Positions 1 to 12,069 are shown, counted from the first letter of the whole stretch. The stretch is DNA of 63,860 nt, filler included, from Octopus bimaculoides (GCF_001194135.2; 7 parts of 7 records of this genome joined end to end with filler, not necessarily neighbours in it), one strand, 5' to 3'. Made by a program: numbers and translations. The notes: a model not told the origin generated them from the sequence alone.

Positions 1-3
1 ATA

Positions 4-37
<34 letters not shown>

Positions 38-324
38 ATATATATATACAGTAGCGAGCAAAAAAAAAAAAGAACGATTAATATTCATTTAAATGTTGGA
101 CAAGCTAGTGAACATAGTGAAACCAATTGATTAGATGGGCCACAAGGGCTATTTAATACTGTACACATTAATTAATGAATATATTTATGTATACTAATAG
201 AACCCTTGGAAATTCCACAGAATGGTAAAGTATAAGGGGACCTATTTAAGAAAGACAGGATGATTTGCATTTTTATAGCATTTGTATAATATTCTTGATG
301 TTTGTCTACATTCAATTTCTCAAA

Positions 325-443
325 TCATCGTCTGTGTTGCCTTTTTTCTCTTTTTATTACATCTTCTTGCTGTTCCTCTCTGATCCATGCTCTATATCTG
401 GACATCTTTTCGTGGACAGCTTGCAACCATATTTCTTGTGAAT
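325..443 (-). CDS. Candidate terminal coding exon of an unidentified gene: (x)SQEIWLQAVHEKMSRYRAWIREEQQEDVIKREKRQHRR*
   Basis: AG acceptor at 445-444 (atctag|AT, weak pyrimidine tract). 39 codons with ordinary codon usage and a helical, charged composition, ending in TGA at 327-325. Non-repetitive DNA. Product not recognised. Confidence 0.4.
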
Positions 444-1409
444 CTAGATTTTAGGCTAAATTAACCCTTATAAACGAACATCAATTTTTTAAGCAAGCAG
501 ACAATAAATAATTACACTTACGCATATGTGATGGTCGCTCTAAAAAAAATTATTTCAATAAAAAAAGACATTTTCAATATCAATGCATCACCACCACCAT
601 CACTATCTGCCTCTCTCTCTCTCTCTCTCTCTCTCTCAATATGATTGCCTCTCCTGTCCATCTCTCTCGATCTACCTTGCCCCTCAGCTAACTTTTTGAC
701 CTCCTAATAAGTATTCCTTCCCCACCACATGTCATTAACACCTCTGTCTCCCACTTTTTCTCTCGTCACCTTTTTCTCCTGTTCTTCTCCTCTACCTTCA
801 GCTGACCACCATTTGGCCTAAGTATGTTAATATCAATTACCTTTCTCTACTTCTTCCACTCTTCTTTCCTCACTCCTCCGTCTCTCTCTTTCACTCTTAC
901 TCCATCTCTCATGCACTCCAGCTCCACCTCTCTCACTAACTAATGTAAAATGGGCGAATGAACAAGCAGATTATTATATAGATACTTATATCCACATGTA
1001 TACACATATATTGATGTATATATTGTATATGTATATATGTGTGTATGTGTAAGATAGATAGATAAATACACACACACACACACACACATACATACATACA
1101 TACATACATACATACATACATACACACCCGTGCTGGTCAACAACAGATTGGATTGTTTAGTCCTGCCCATTTAAAACATGGGAGGCTGGAACAAAAAATG
1201 CAGTTTTTCATTCAGTGGTTTAACAAAACCTCCGGATTCAGCACAATACTTCATTTAATGACCCCTTTAAAGCTAAAACTTTAGTCAACATCGGCAGAAT
1301 GTGAACTCAGAGTACTGAGTACTAAGATGAATGGTGCAAGACCTTGCCTGTCTAAAACCAATTTGGCTCCATATCATAGCCCTAGCCTTTTTATTACTTT
1401 ACTGAATCA

Positions 1410-1620
1410 CTTCTGTCGATGGGTTGGCAGAACCATAAGAATATTTCACATTTGTCTTGCTATTAATATTCTGAGTTCAAATCCCATCAGTGTCATCTTT
1501 GTCTTTTATCCATTCAGGGGGTTTAGATAAAGTACCAGTCATGTACTGGATTTCAATATCATTGCTTAACCTCTTCCCTAAGATTTCAAGCCATGCGGTT
1601 ATGCCAGGACCAATTCTCCT
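1410..1620 (+). mobile_element. SINE family A, degenerate copy
   Basis: tggcagaa head, ctgagttcaaat B-box-like motif, ataaagtaccag body. Confidence 0.6.
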
Positions 1621-2212
1621 ACTGAGTTAGAAGCATATCTTTTTAAGATATACAGGAAATATTCTCATATGTTAACAGTTTTAAGCATAAAAGTGTTTCA
1701 AGCAAGACAAGAATATCTTTTATGAAGACAAAAAGACCTGTTTTATTGAAACTTGAAGCCTCGAAAATACAAAAAAAAAAAAAAAGTGCAACTAAATAAT
1801 ACAGAGCTAAAAGCTTTTGTTAATGATGTAAAATTGGTGAAAAATTTTCTTTAGAAAATGTTTTCATGATTAAAGAAAGAAGGTAAAATGTCGAACGTTC
1901 TCTAATGCTTCATCATTGAAAACTTTGTGGATTTTTTTTGCATTAAGTATAGGCTGTTGTTCTTCTTCTTTGGCAATATAATTAAGTTATTTTAAATAAA
2001 TGTTCAGTGACTGCTTAATATTGCAATCAGTGATTTATGGTATTCTGCCCCACTGTTTTTTTTGTTTGTTTTTGGTGTTTTATTGGGCTAAAAGTTTTAA
2101 GCCATAACAGTGAGTCTGTGCATGTTTATGTATATGTAATCATGCATATATGTATATATATATATGTGTGTATGCATCTCTCTCTCTCTATATATATATA
2201 ATGTATTATTTA

Positions 2213-2249
<37 letters not shown>

Positions 2250-2410
2250 GTATATGTATGAATGCATATATGTATATATGTATGTGTATGCATCTCTCTT
2301 TCTCTCTCTCTATATATATACACACACACACATACATTAACTTACCCACATATATTTACCTGTTTCTGACTGAGTATATGTATATGCAAGTCTATGTGTG
2401 TACATATCTT

Positions 2411-2441
<31 letters not shown>

Positions 2442-3086
2442 NNNNNNNNNNNNNNNNNNNNNNNNNNNNNNNNNNNNNNNNNNNNNNNNNNNNNNNNNNN
2501 NNNNNNNNNNNNNNNNNNNNNNNNNNNNNNNNNNNNNNNNNNNNNNNNNNNNNNNNNNNNNNNNNNNNNNNNNNNNNNNNNNNNNNNNNNNNNNNNNNNN
2601 NNNNNNNNNNNNNNNNNNNNNNNNNNNNNNNNNNNNNNNNNNNNNNNNNNNNNNNNNNNNNNNNNNNNNNNNNNNNNNNNNNNNNNNNNNNNNNNNNNNN
2701 NNNNNNNNNNNNNNNNNNNNNNNNNNNNNNNNNNNNNNNNNNNNNNNNNNNNNNNNNNNNNNNNNNNNNNNNNNNNNNNNNNNNNNNNNNNNNNNNNNNN
2801 NNNNNNNNNNNNNNNNNNNNNNNNNNNNNNNNNNNNNNNNNNNNNNNNNNNNNNNNNNNNNNNNNNNNNNNNNNNNNNNNNNNNNNNNNNNNNNNNNNNN
2901 NNNNNNNNNNNNNNNNNNNNNNNNNNNNNNNNNNNNNNNNNNNNNNNNNNNNNNNNNNNNNNNNNNNNNNNNNNNNNNNNNNNNNNNNNNNNNNNNNNNN
3001 NNNNNNNNNNNNNNNNNNNNNNNNNNNNNNNNNNNNNNNNNNNNNNNNNNNNNNNNNNNNNNNNNNNNNNNNNNNNNNNNNNNNNN

Positions 3087-3126
<40 letters not shown>

Positions 3127-3787
3127 GCTTTCAACAGTATCTTTAGATATTTTTAGGTTGAAATATTAGCTTTTTTTTATTTATTTTTCCTTTCTAGACA
3201 TGAACCAATATATTCTTCATAAATTTTTGTTTTAAATATAGCACTGTTGTTGTTTTTGTAGTTGTTGTTACCATTATTAATGGTATTTGATTGCCAGAAT
3301 TGTCAGAGTATTGGAATATTTGTACCATCTCTTTTAGATTCCAGATTCGAATCCTGCTGAAGTCAGTTATTTTATTTTTTGTGTTTTTGGGGGGTAATTA
3401 GAAATCAAGAAAGTGCTAAGAATAAAATATATATATTATAATTATATCTATTCTTGTTGTTCTACATAAATGAGAAAAAGAAAAAGGAAGATCAAGCAAG
3501 ATTATAAGCACAAATAATTACAATTTCAAAAGCAGAAACAAATCAGTTTTAAAAACTAACATGAATGACAATAAGAAAACCCTCATCTCCAATTACAATA
3601 ATAATAGCTCATCTTTTACAAGTGTCGTAAGACAAAATGAAATAATAGACATAAAATGGATCCATGTGAAATGAAAATGCAGAAGGCATATTTCACAATA
3701 GAGAATGTCTTTTTGTCCGCCAACTTTCATCAAAAAGGGTTTACCAGGGTGGTCTAAAATCTCTCTCGGTTTACTACAGAATCTTAC

Positions 3788-3830
3788 ATACCATTATACT
3801 GTATATGTTGCTTGTTCACTTGTGGAAATA
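3788..3830 (-). other. Possible upstream exon end for the 325-443 exon (two adjacent donors)
   Basis: Minus strand reads ATAATG|GTATGT or ATG GTA T|GTAAGA. Both give phase-1 joins in frame with the 443 exon (..QHIQYN-D-SQEIW or MV-Y-SQEIW). Confidence 0.22.
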
Positions 3831-4124
3831 ATACAAGATATGAACTTTAATAATAACAATGAGACTTTATTCCTCTGTTAAATAGTACAGTGGATCAATT
3901 AAGACATCATAAATTCTGGTGGTTGTAAAGTTCATCCATCATTTGGATAATAACAGTTCAGGTCGTCATTGATTACGTGTGCTTCGTTATATTAATTTTA
4001 ATCTTGCGAATAACAACAGGAAAATAACATGACTCTCCTTCATGAAAATTGCTCATCCTTCTTCTTGTAGATGATTTGTTACACCAAGTTTATTGCAAAA
4101 GGGTTGGCTCCAGAGCTCTTACAG

Positions 4125-4590
4125 ATTGGTTGTTTGAGAATTTATTAAGCGCTACGTGATTGGATCTTCAATCCAAATCCCACGCAATACTCAACCAATC
4201 AAAGCACAGTTCAAGCAATGTTCCAAATTCACATGATTAGTAAGATAACCAATCAACAGATTAGCACGCTGAGCCTCTTTCTGTTTAATGTATTCAATTT
4301 GCCATAAAGAAAATAGTCTCACTACAAGGGTAAGGAAGGAAGTGGTTTACCTTTGTTTTTTTGAGAAACAGAATAAGTTTAACTTCAATTTTGTATTTGT
4401 TTGCAAGATTCTTGATGTGAATTTGTATGTTGGAATAAATTTTGTTGTGTCTTGGGAGAGTCATTATGTCAGTAACAACAACAAACACACACGTTTAACA
4501 TCTCTTCTTTATTGTTAGTCATTTGGTTAAATATCTAACTGACAAACTAATTGGTTATTTGTTTAATGTGCTGATTGAACAATCAATTGG
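4125..4590. promoter_or_regulatory. CCAAT-box (NF-Y-type) cluster, possible bidirectional promoter
   Basis: Six CCAAT/ATTGG cores at 4125, 4159, 4195, 4249, 4550 and 4586, in both orientations and mostly in AACCAAT(C/T) context, within unique sequence. Confidence 0.5.
4288..4329 (+). other. Candidate first exon end of a plus-strand spliced transcript
   Basis: AGG|GTAAGG donor at 4330 inside the CCAAT cluster; ATG at 4288 in phase 0 (MYSICHKENSLTTR). Confidence 0.25.
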
Positions 4591-4861
4591 TTGTTTGTCA
4601 GTCAAAGTTCATTCATCATTGTATTTGACCTTTTCAGTGACATTGACTTTTCCTCTCAATCAAATGTCTGTTCTGTGTCTGTCTGAGAATAGGTTTTATG
4701 TCTGTGTGTACGCATGCTTGTATGTATGTGTCAATGTGTGATTGCTTTGAAGAAGGAATGAGACTGAGAGTAAAAGAAGAGCTTGTGTGTGTGTGTATCT
4801 ATTTGTGTGTGTGTGTGTGTGTGCGTGTGTGTGTGTGTGAAAGAGAGAGAAAGAGAGGAAT

Positions 4862-5395
4862 GAGAGAGCAATGCATGCCATCAAAGTGACACTGGGGTAA
4901 AATATACAAAGCCAAATATACCCATCATAACTACCCGTCTGATAAGGGTATACCAGACTCATGCACCACAACGTGCACGACATGTGATCTCATATCAAGA
5001 TAAACAACGCATGACCTTGCAGGTGGGGCCCTGTTAGAATTTTCTTCATGTCGAGTGGCTCATCCTACTCAAAAGGTCCCTGGATAAGGGTTGTTTCCGG
5101 ATGTAGAATGAAACACCCATGTTTCCAAAGGTGAATTATTCAAATCCCAAAGAATTCTCCTCATCACATGGCTATGATGCTCCCCCACTACTTCTGCTCA
5201 TGATCAGAGATGCACATACTGTCAGAACCTAAGGGACATGCTCAAGGGGTCAAGGTCAAACAACTGACAAGCAAATCTGTGGTATTGAGCAGAATATTTA
5301 CTGTAACCCATCTTTTATACCAAGACAAAACAATGTCCATGATAACACTTCTAATCAGTTAAGAGAAGCCAATTGAGCTGCTGCCTGGTACTGCA
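4862..5395. repeat. Unclassified interspersed repeat family F, copy 1
   Basis: Shares long blocks (catgccatcaaagtg...actacccgtctgataagggt...atatcaagataaaca...ttgcaggtgggg) with 17190-17522. Confidence 0.8.
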
Positions 5396-5439
5396 TTATT
5401 ATTATTATTGTTGCTTTTATTGTTGTTGTTGTTAGTGGC

Positions 5440-5612
5440 TTTTCATCTGTCTTTACATTCTGAGTTCAAATTCTACCGAGGTCGATTTTGCCTTTCATCC
5501 CTCCCAGGTTGATAAAATAAGTACCGGTTGAGCACTGGGGTCAAATGTGATTGCCTTACCCCTCCCCCAAAATTGCTAGCCTTGAGCCAAAATTTGAAAC
5601 CATTTTATTAAT

Positions 5613-5650
<38 letters not shown>

Positions 5651-5875
5651 TATTATCATCATTATTATAAAGGATAGTAGACTGGCAGAATTGTTAGATT
5701 ATCAGAAGAAATACTTTGAAGTATTTATTTCATTTCTTTCCATTCTAAGTTCAAATCATTTGTATTTTTATCCTTTGGGGATTAAAAAGACAAGATACCA
5801 GTGAACTACTGGGGTTAAGAGTGCTGACTACTCCCTCTCAAAACGGCTGCCTTGTGTCTTAATTAGGAATAATTA
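5440..5875 (+). mobile_element. Two tandem SINE family A copies separated by (ATC/ATT)n
   Basis: ctgagttcaaattc...ctttcatcc...ataagtacc...ctggggtc motifs occur twice. Confidence 0.75.
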
Positions 5876-6393
5876 CTAATATTATAACTTTTTTAAGCTA
5901 TTGTATTTTGATGTTATTTATTATACAAAAGATGCACTGATAAGAATATTTTGGTGGCATATATTTTAGCATTTTCCATGAAATGTCTTTTAATGATTCT
6001 GGAGACTTGGGAAACATATTCATTAATTTCTTTTAGAAATTCTTTTATAATTAATGAATTTTATCACCAGAAACTGATTTTCATCACATAACAAGAGAAA
6101 TTCTCCAGCAAAATTGCAAATGTAGCCACTACATACTGGACCATTTCTTGCTGTTTGTCAAATTGTTTCTTACACACACACACACACACACAGAGGTATA
6201 TATGTGCATACATATGTACATATGCACATATGTATGTATGTATCAGTGGTGCTCACTATGATGAATGGTGATATCACACATTATTAGAGATTGCAACAGA
6301 GAGACATAGAGTTCAATTAAGCTAAGACAGTAATTATTTATTTATCTGTTTAATTGAGTTATTATTGTCTCTTTCTGTACTAACTACTTAACT

Positions 6394-6396
<3 letters not shown>

Positions 6397-6482
<86 letters not shown>
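6397..6482. repeat. (TC)n microsatellite
   Basis: Direct inspection. Confidence 0.97.
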
Positions 6483-6484
<2 letters not shown>

Positions 6485-6493
6485 TTAATTCAG

Positions 6494-6686
6494 AGGTCCT
6501 GTGCTCTTAGACAAGTTGCCTACAATGCAGCATTTGTACTCAATGGCTCTTATGTGCAGTATTTCATTCAACGTCACTGCTCTTCTTTCTTCTCTCAGTC
6601 TTCATTTCATCTTCCTTCTTCTACTTCATGACAAGGCACCACAAGCTATGAAGACACATGCTGGTCTGTTTGTTGCTGACTGTAAG
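6494..6686 (+). other. Candidate internal exon, coding status unclear
   Basis: Long (TC)n tract plus tttaattcag acceptor; donors T|GTAAGG (6682) or AAG|GTTAGT (6687). One frame is open throughout (GPVLLDK...FVADCK); another reads RSCALRQVAYNAAFVLNGSY... to a TGA at 6629. Confidence 0.35.
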
Positions 6687-7174
6687 GTTAGTTCTCCATG
6701 TATCTTGCATCTTGAAGTTATCTGTGATAGGGGATAATATCACAGATTATTATGGCTAGCAACAAAGAAGCATGAAATTAAACTCAGCTAAGATTATAAT
6801 TATCTATATATCTAATTAAACTAATTGTGCTATTCTGTCCAGCAAAGATGCATGATTAGTAGTAACGAGGATGACCACCCAGCTGCCATCCCTGCTATTT
6901 TGATGAATATGTCCAGATGCCATGATTCTGTTAGTGTGTGGCAGTGTACGTCTATGTGATACTTGTGGGGTCCTGACTAGAGTGTCTTGAGATGTCTCTC
7001 TTCAACTGAAATGAAGGCAACCTGACTAGGGTAGCGGTAACTCCGAATGAAATATCTGGACTATAGTAGAAAAGAGCTGTCCAGGACAGAACACAAAATG
7101 TCATGATATCAAGAGAAGAAGCCACAAGCATGCAATATTCACATTCACACACACATATATACATGTGTTTATAT

Positions 7175-7330
7175 ATACTACAAGCTTCTTTCAATTTCCA
7201 TCTACCAAATCACAAGGCTTTGGTTGTCTTGGATCTATAGTAGAAGACAGTTACCCAAGATTCTACACAGTGGGACTGAACCCAAAACTACGTGGTTGAG
7301 AAGCAAATGTCTCAACCACATAGCCATGCC
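7175..7330 (-). mobile_element. SINE family B head (tRNA-type plus CORE-like), degenerate
   Basis: cacaaggctttgg...tatagtagaagac...gtgggactgaaccc. Confidence 0.7.
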
Positions 7331-7709
7331 TTAGTTTATGATATAAAGTAGTCGGTGACTGGAAGAAATTGATAACGGTTACAAATACAATGACAATCTC
7401 TAATTGCATTTACAGGAATGGCATTTAACATGCTTTTGTGTGGTGCAAATGAGAAGAATACCAAGTGGTGACGTCTATCTATGTATGAGAATCTCTTAAC
7501 CTTTATCAAGCAGTGAATAGACAGAACCATTAGAGCATTAGATACAATGTCTCAAGGTATTTGTTTCAACACTCTTGAGTTTTAGGTTCAATCCTACCAA
7601 GGTAAACTTCACCTTCATCCTTTTGGTGTCAATAACAAAAAATGTACCAATGCAGGGCAAGGTGAAGCTGTTTGATTGCTGCACAGTATTCCTTTATGTG
7701 GTATCTGTT

Positions 7710-7950
7710 TGGAGGTGCATAGCTTAGTAGTTAGGGTGTTGACCTCATAATCATAAGAGTGTGGTTTCGATTCCTGCACTGGGCGATGCGTTGTGTTCTT
7801 GAGTAAGACATTTCATTTGACATTGCTCCAGTCCACTCAGCTGACAAAAATTAGTAATCCTGCCGCAGACCGTCGTCCAGTCCAGATGTGGAATTTATAT
7901 ACCATGAAACCAGGAAACTGACCCTTATGAGTCAGCATAACTCAAGAACT
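7710..7950 (+). mobile_element. tRNA-derived SINE family C
   Basis: ggaggtgcatagcttagtagttagg (A-box), ggtttcgattcc (B-box), ttgagtaagacatttcatt...ccactcagctg body. Confidence 0.8.
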
Positions 7951-8226
7951 TTTTATCCATTCCGATCACTTGTGTTCTGACCGCGACTTCTCTCTGTGAT
8001 AACGATGGTGTAAAGGTGTATCAGTTTAAGTTGATGGCCTTTCTCTTGGACAGCATCAGCTGCAATCATGGACAATTGCCTGTCTTCCACACACACACGC
8101 CTAAATGAAACAACTGACCCAGGCCTGCACATAATAGATATGGATAAATGGTGTTACTGCTGACCAACACTGACCAACAGAAATCTTAAACCATTATTTA
8201 ATAATTGTGCCAGCATTTCCTTTCAG

Positions 8227-8300
8227 ATATACAAAAATATACAACAAACTGGACATGCTGCAAAATGTTCAGGAAACTAATAACCTTGGCTGAAGAGTAA
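8227..8300 (+). other. Candidate terminal exon start of the same plus-strand transcript
   Basis: catttcctttcag| acceptor; all three frames stop within 25 codons. Confidence 0.2.
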
Positions 8301-8820
8301 ATTTTCTTTGAGTGAAGCATAAATAGTATAACATTTGTGTACAAAGTGTGATGTTGCATGATATTATATGGAGATACTGAATACAAAGGATGCATAAAGG
8401 AAGTTTGAAAGGTGGAGGAAAAATAATTACAACTATCACACATCTTGCAGAGCATGAAGTATGTTTTTCTGAATGTGTAGTGTTAGTAATTATTAATGAC
8501 AAAGTTGTGAGAAAAAGTGGGTGTAAGAGAAATCAGTTGTTTTGAGCGAGAGAGAAGAATGTGCTTGTCTGGAGATGAGATGTATATGGAGGATGAAAAG
8601 TGAGGGAAGTTTGCCAAGTGGTCCAAGTTAAAGACACTTGTAGAAGAGGTAAGAGAGGAAAATAAAAGAAAAACATATGGGAAGAAGTGATAAAGGCCGA
8701 TCTAAAGATGCTAAACCCCACAAATGAGAAATGAGGGGACAAATGACTGCAAGTAAGGGATGAGACACTGTATTGGAGAAGACCTAATCTTCCCATGCAA
8801 GCATTGAGAAACATGTAAAA

Positions 8821-9020
8821 ATGATGATGAGGATGACAATGATGATGATGGTGATGATTATGGAAGGTGATAGTGACAATCTTGATAATGATAGTGACGA
8901 AGATGATGACGACGACGATGACAGCATTGATGATGATGACAGTGATGATGACTATGATAGCAATCTTGATGATGGTGATGATGAAGATGGTGATGATGAA
9001 GATGGTGAGGATGGTGATAA
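8821..9020. repeat. Degenerate (GAT)n trinucleotide tract
   Basis: Gives the spurious Asp-rich ORF. Confidence 0.9.
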
Positions 9021-9238
9021 TTTAGAAACTTTCATTGCTTTTTATGTTTCTGACAGTCTCTATGGTTCCATCTATTTCTTCTTAATATTGATTTTTTTTA
9101 CTCGATTTACTTTGATTAAAACTCCAGACTAAATGCCACCTCAGTTTTATTTATATTTATTTTTGTTTGTATTATTATGTATTATTATAATCTTTCTATA
9201 AAGATTCATTAAATTGTTTACTCCTATGAACTGTTATA

Positions 9239-9282
<44 letters not shown>

Positions 9283-9482
9283 NNNNNNNNNNNNNNNNNN
9301 NNNNNNNNNNNNNNNNNNNNNNNNNNNNNNNNNNNNNNNNNNNNNNNNNNNNNNNNNNNNNNNNNNNNNNNNNNNNNNNNNNNNNNNNNNNNNNNNNNNN
9401 NNNNNNNNNNNNNNNNNNNNNNNNNNNNNNNNNNNNNNNNNNNNNNNNNNNNNNNNNNNNNNNNNNNNNNNNNNNNNNNNNN

Positions 9483-9526
<44 letters not shown>

Positions 9527-9814
9527 AAGAAATATTTTTTATAATATACAACACTGCAAAATGAATTAATTTAACTGTTTTTCAATTTCTTTTCAAGAAA
9601 TCTATTGTAATAAAATGAAAAAAAAGACAAATAAATACAGAAACAAAAACAACATATTATTTACCATTTTGTTGATTTTAAATGGATTTCTGCTGTAAAG
9701 ATTAGATTTTGAAATGTAATAGCAGAATGGCTGAATGGTTAAAGCATTGAATTTAAGTTCCAGTGGATGATTATTTGTATGGGTTTGCAGTCCCACTTGT
9801 GCTAATAGTAAACG

Positions 9815-9960
9815 CCATCCATTTTTGCCACCCACTATTCCTGGGATGGTTGTGGGGATAGAATCCTTAGGCACTGCCTCCATAGGGGCCTGTCAGAAGC
9901 GATTGTCATTACACATTCCGTCTGGATTCCCAAGCACGACCAACTGAGACTATGGACACA
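9815..9960 (-). mobile_element. Probable LINE (RTE-like) 3' end fragment
   Basis: Encodes ...CVMTIASDRPLWRQCL..., resembling the AxDRxxWR C-terminal motif, then a gggtggcaaaaatggatggc tail. Confidence 0.45.
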
Positions 9961-9974
9961 ATCTGATATCAGGT

Positions 9975-10056
9975 ACCTCTGATGAGTGCAGGGTTGCCTA
10001 ATCAGATTTTTATCTAATATTCCATTGAATCCTAGCATGAAACCGATGGGTAAGAT
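9975..10056 (+). ncRNA. Type-I hammerhead ribozyme motif (family H1)
   Basis: CTGATGA 9979-85; stem II GTGCAGGGTT/AATCCT(A)GCAT, 10 bp; GAAA 10039-42; stem III ACC/GGT with GATG loop; GUA cleavage triplet 10050-52; stem I ACCT/AGAT with one mismatch. Confidence 0.7.
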
Positions 10057-10159
10057 CGGCTGTGATAGATATATAATACTGTACTCTTTGGATGATGTTC
10101 CCACTCTATTGACAGATATACAAGTGTATTTTTTACTGACTTATGGACTTTTAGATGAC

Positions 10160-10191
<32 letters not shown>

Positions 10192-10766
10192 GCGCACGCA
10201 CACACACACGCAGACACAGACACACACACACACACACACACACACAGCCATCTGATATAAAAACACTTTTGGATTTGCTGTGTTAAAATCACAATGAATA
10301 TCTTAGAGATGAAAATTTATCCTTGCAGCAACCAGTGAGAGCACCAGATGCATTTCAGCTTTTTAGGAGGCTATTCAATGACATGTACTCGCAGCTAGCT
10401 ACAAGTTCAGACAAAAATTTGCCATCTCTGATATTGTGTTTTTAACACAACATATCCATAAGGGATGTTATCTCAGGACAGATACTATAGTAACAGGCCT
10501 ACCAACAGTGTATACATTAAGTATGATACATAGATTGCTATTTCAAGTAAATACAGCCTCAATTGCATATACCAAATATAACTACATAAATACATAAATA
10601 CAAATACACGCACACTCACACATAATGCATTTTTTGTGCCTATTAGGGTCTTTGATTCTTGTTTCTAGCAATGTAGGTGTTACTCTTCACCCTCAATAAC
10701 TATTAGTGACAATTGAATTATATATATATATTTATATCTATATCTATCTATTTATCTATCTATCTA

Positions 10767-10803
<37 letters not shown>

Positions 10804-11226
10804 TTGTCTGTCTGCCTGCCTGTCTATCTTTCTATCTATATGTACATATATATATATATATACATACATATATACATACATAGCTACATACATACATAGC
10901 TACATACATACATGTGTATAGTTTATAAATTAGAGACACTTATTCTCTGTATAGAATACACTTCGTAATGCTCAAGAGATTTAAACTTGAGCAGGTGGTT
11001 GAGGAGTAAATGTAATGACAAGCAACTTAGGCAAATTGATATACTAAGAATACTAAATACATTTAATACAAAAGATGTACATATGTTTACAATTAAAAAG
11101 GTCTGACTTACACAGAATAGAAATGATATCAGGAATTAAAAGGATTGAATAAGAGTTTTACAAGTTCAACAACTATTTCTGGGGGCTTTAAACTCCATTC
11201 TGTCAATACCGCAAATGTAAAATTCT

Positions 11227-11317
11227 TCCCTGAAGATGGAGGCTGGTATTATCCAATGACGGAATCAATTTACACTCATTATTTAGAACCACCAAGCCCC
11301 CAGAAACAGATGTTGGA
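11227..11317 (+). ncRNA. Type-I hammerhead ribozyme motif (family H2, long stem II)
   Basis: TCC-CTGAAGA; stem II TGGAGGCTGGT/ACCA(A)GCCCCCA; GAAAC-AGAT-GT-T; GGA closes a 3-bp stem I. Confidence 0.5.
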
Positions 11318-11555
11318 CTCATAAAACTCTTATATAATTTGTATTCTTTGTAAGTCAAACCGTTTTATATGTAAACATATGTGCATTTTTTTGTATTAAA
11401 TGTATTTAATATTTTTTGTATATCGACTTCCCTAACTTGCTTATCCTCACATTTACTCCCCATACATACATATATACTTATATCAGCCATCGCTATGATC
11501 GACTGCTAGCCACTAAAGAATTTTTTTTTCTCTCTCTGTTTATTTTCTTGTGTTC

Positions 11556-11591
11556 CTTTCTGTTGAAGAGTGTAGGCTCGAAACGTAAAAG
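11556..11591 (+). ncRNA. Minimal hammerhead motif (family H3) in a Penelope-like terminal repeat
   Basis: CTTT-CTGTTGA-A-GAGT-gtag-GCTC-GAAAC-GT-A-AAAG; core A6 replaced by U. Confidence 0.6.
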
Positions 11592-11646
11592 ACTTTCTCA
11601 CCTTCCTGAGGGTTAAACTAATACACCTGTTTGTTGTTTACACACC

Positions 11647-11687
<41 letters not shown>

Positions 11688-11805
11688 NNNNNNNNNNNNN
11701 NNNNNNNNNNNNNNNNNNNNNNNNNNNNNNNNNNNNNNNNNNNNNNNNNNNNNNNNNNNNNNNNNNNNNNNNNNNNNNNNNNNNNNNNNNNNNNNNNNNN
11801 NNNNC

Positions 11806-11982
11806 AAGCACCCACTACACTCTCTGAGTGGTTGGCGTTAGGAAGGGCATCCAGCTGTAGAAACTCTGCCAAATCAGACTGGAGCCTGGTGTTGCCATCC
11901 GGTTTCACCAGTCCTCAGTCAAATCGTCCAACCCATGCTAGCATGGAAAGCGGACGTTAAACGATGATGATGATGATGATGA
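11806..11982 (+). mobile_element. RTE-tail-type non-autonomous repeat with (GAT)n tail
   Basis: gcacccactacactctctgagtggttggcgttaggaagggcatccagc...gcatggaaagcggacgttaaacgatgatgat. Confidence 0.75.
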
Positions 11983-12069
11983 TACATACAAATATATATT
12001 AAATATGTACACACATACATACATACATGCATACATACATACACATACACACACATATATGTATATATA

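Noticed and set aside
6629-6679. Two in-frame TGA codons near cysteines (selenoprotein idea)
   Set aside because: No SECIS element identified and no family resemblance; ordinary stops are more likely.
7710-7790. tRNA gene
   Set aside because: tRNA-like A/B boxes are SINE heads (also 23300, 29760, 32022); no complete cloverleaf.
8821-9132. Asp-rich 103-aa ORF
   Set aside because: Degenerate (GAT)n tract with no splice or start context.
11885-11915. CTGAGGA-CTGGT-GAAAC on the minus strand
   Set aside because: Only 5 nt between the core halves, so no stem II; part of the RTE-tail repeat.
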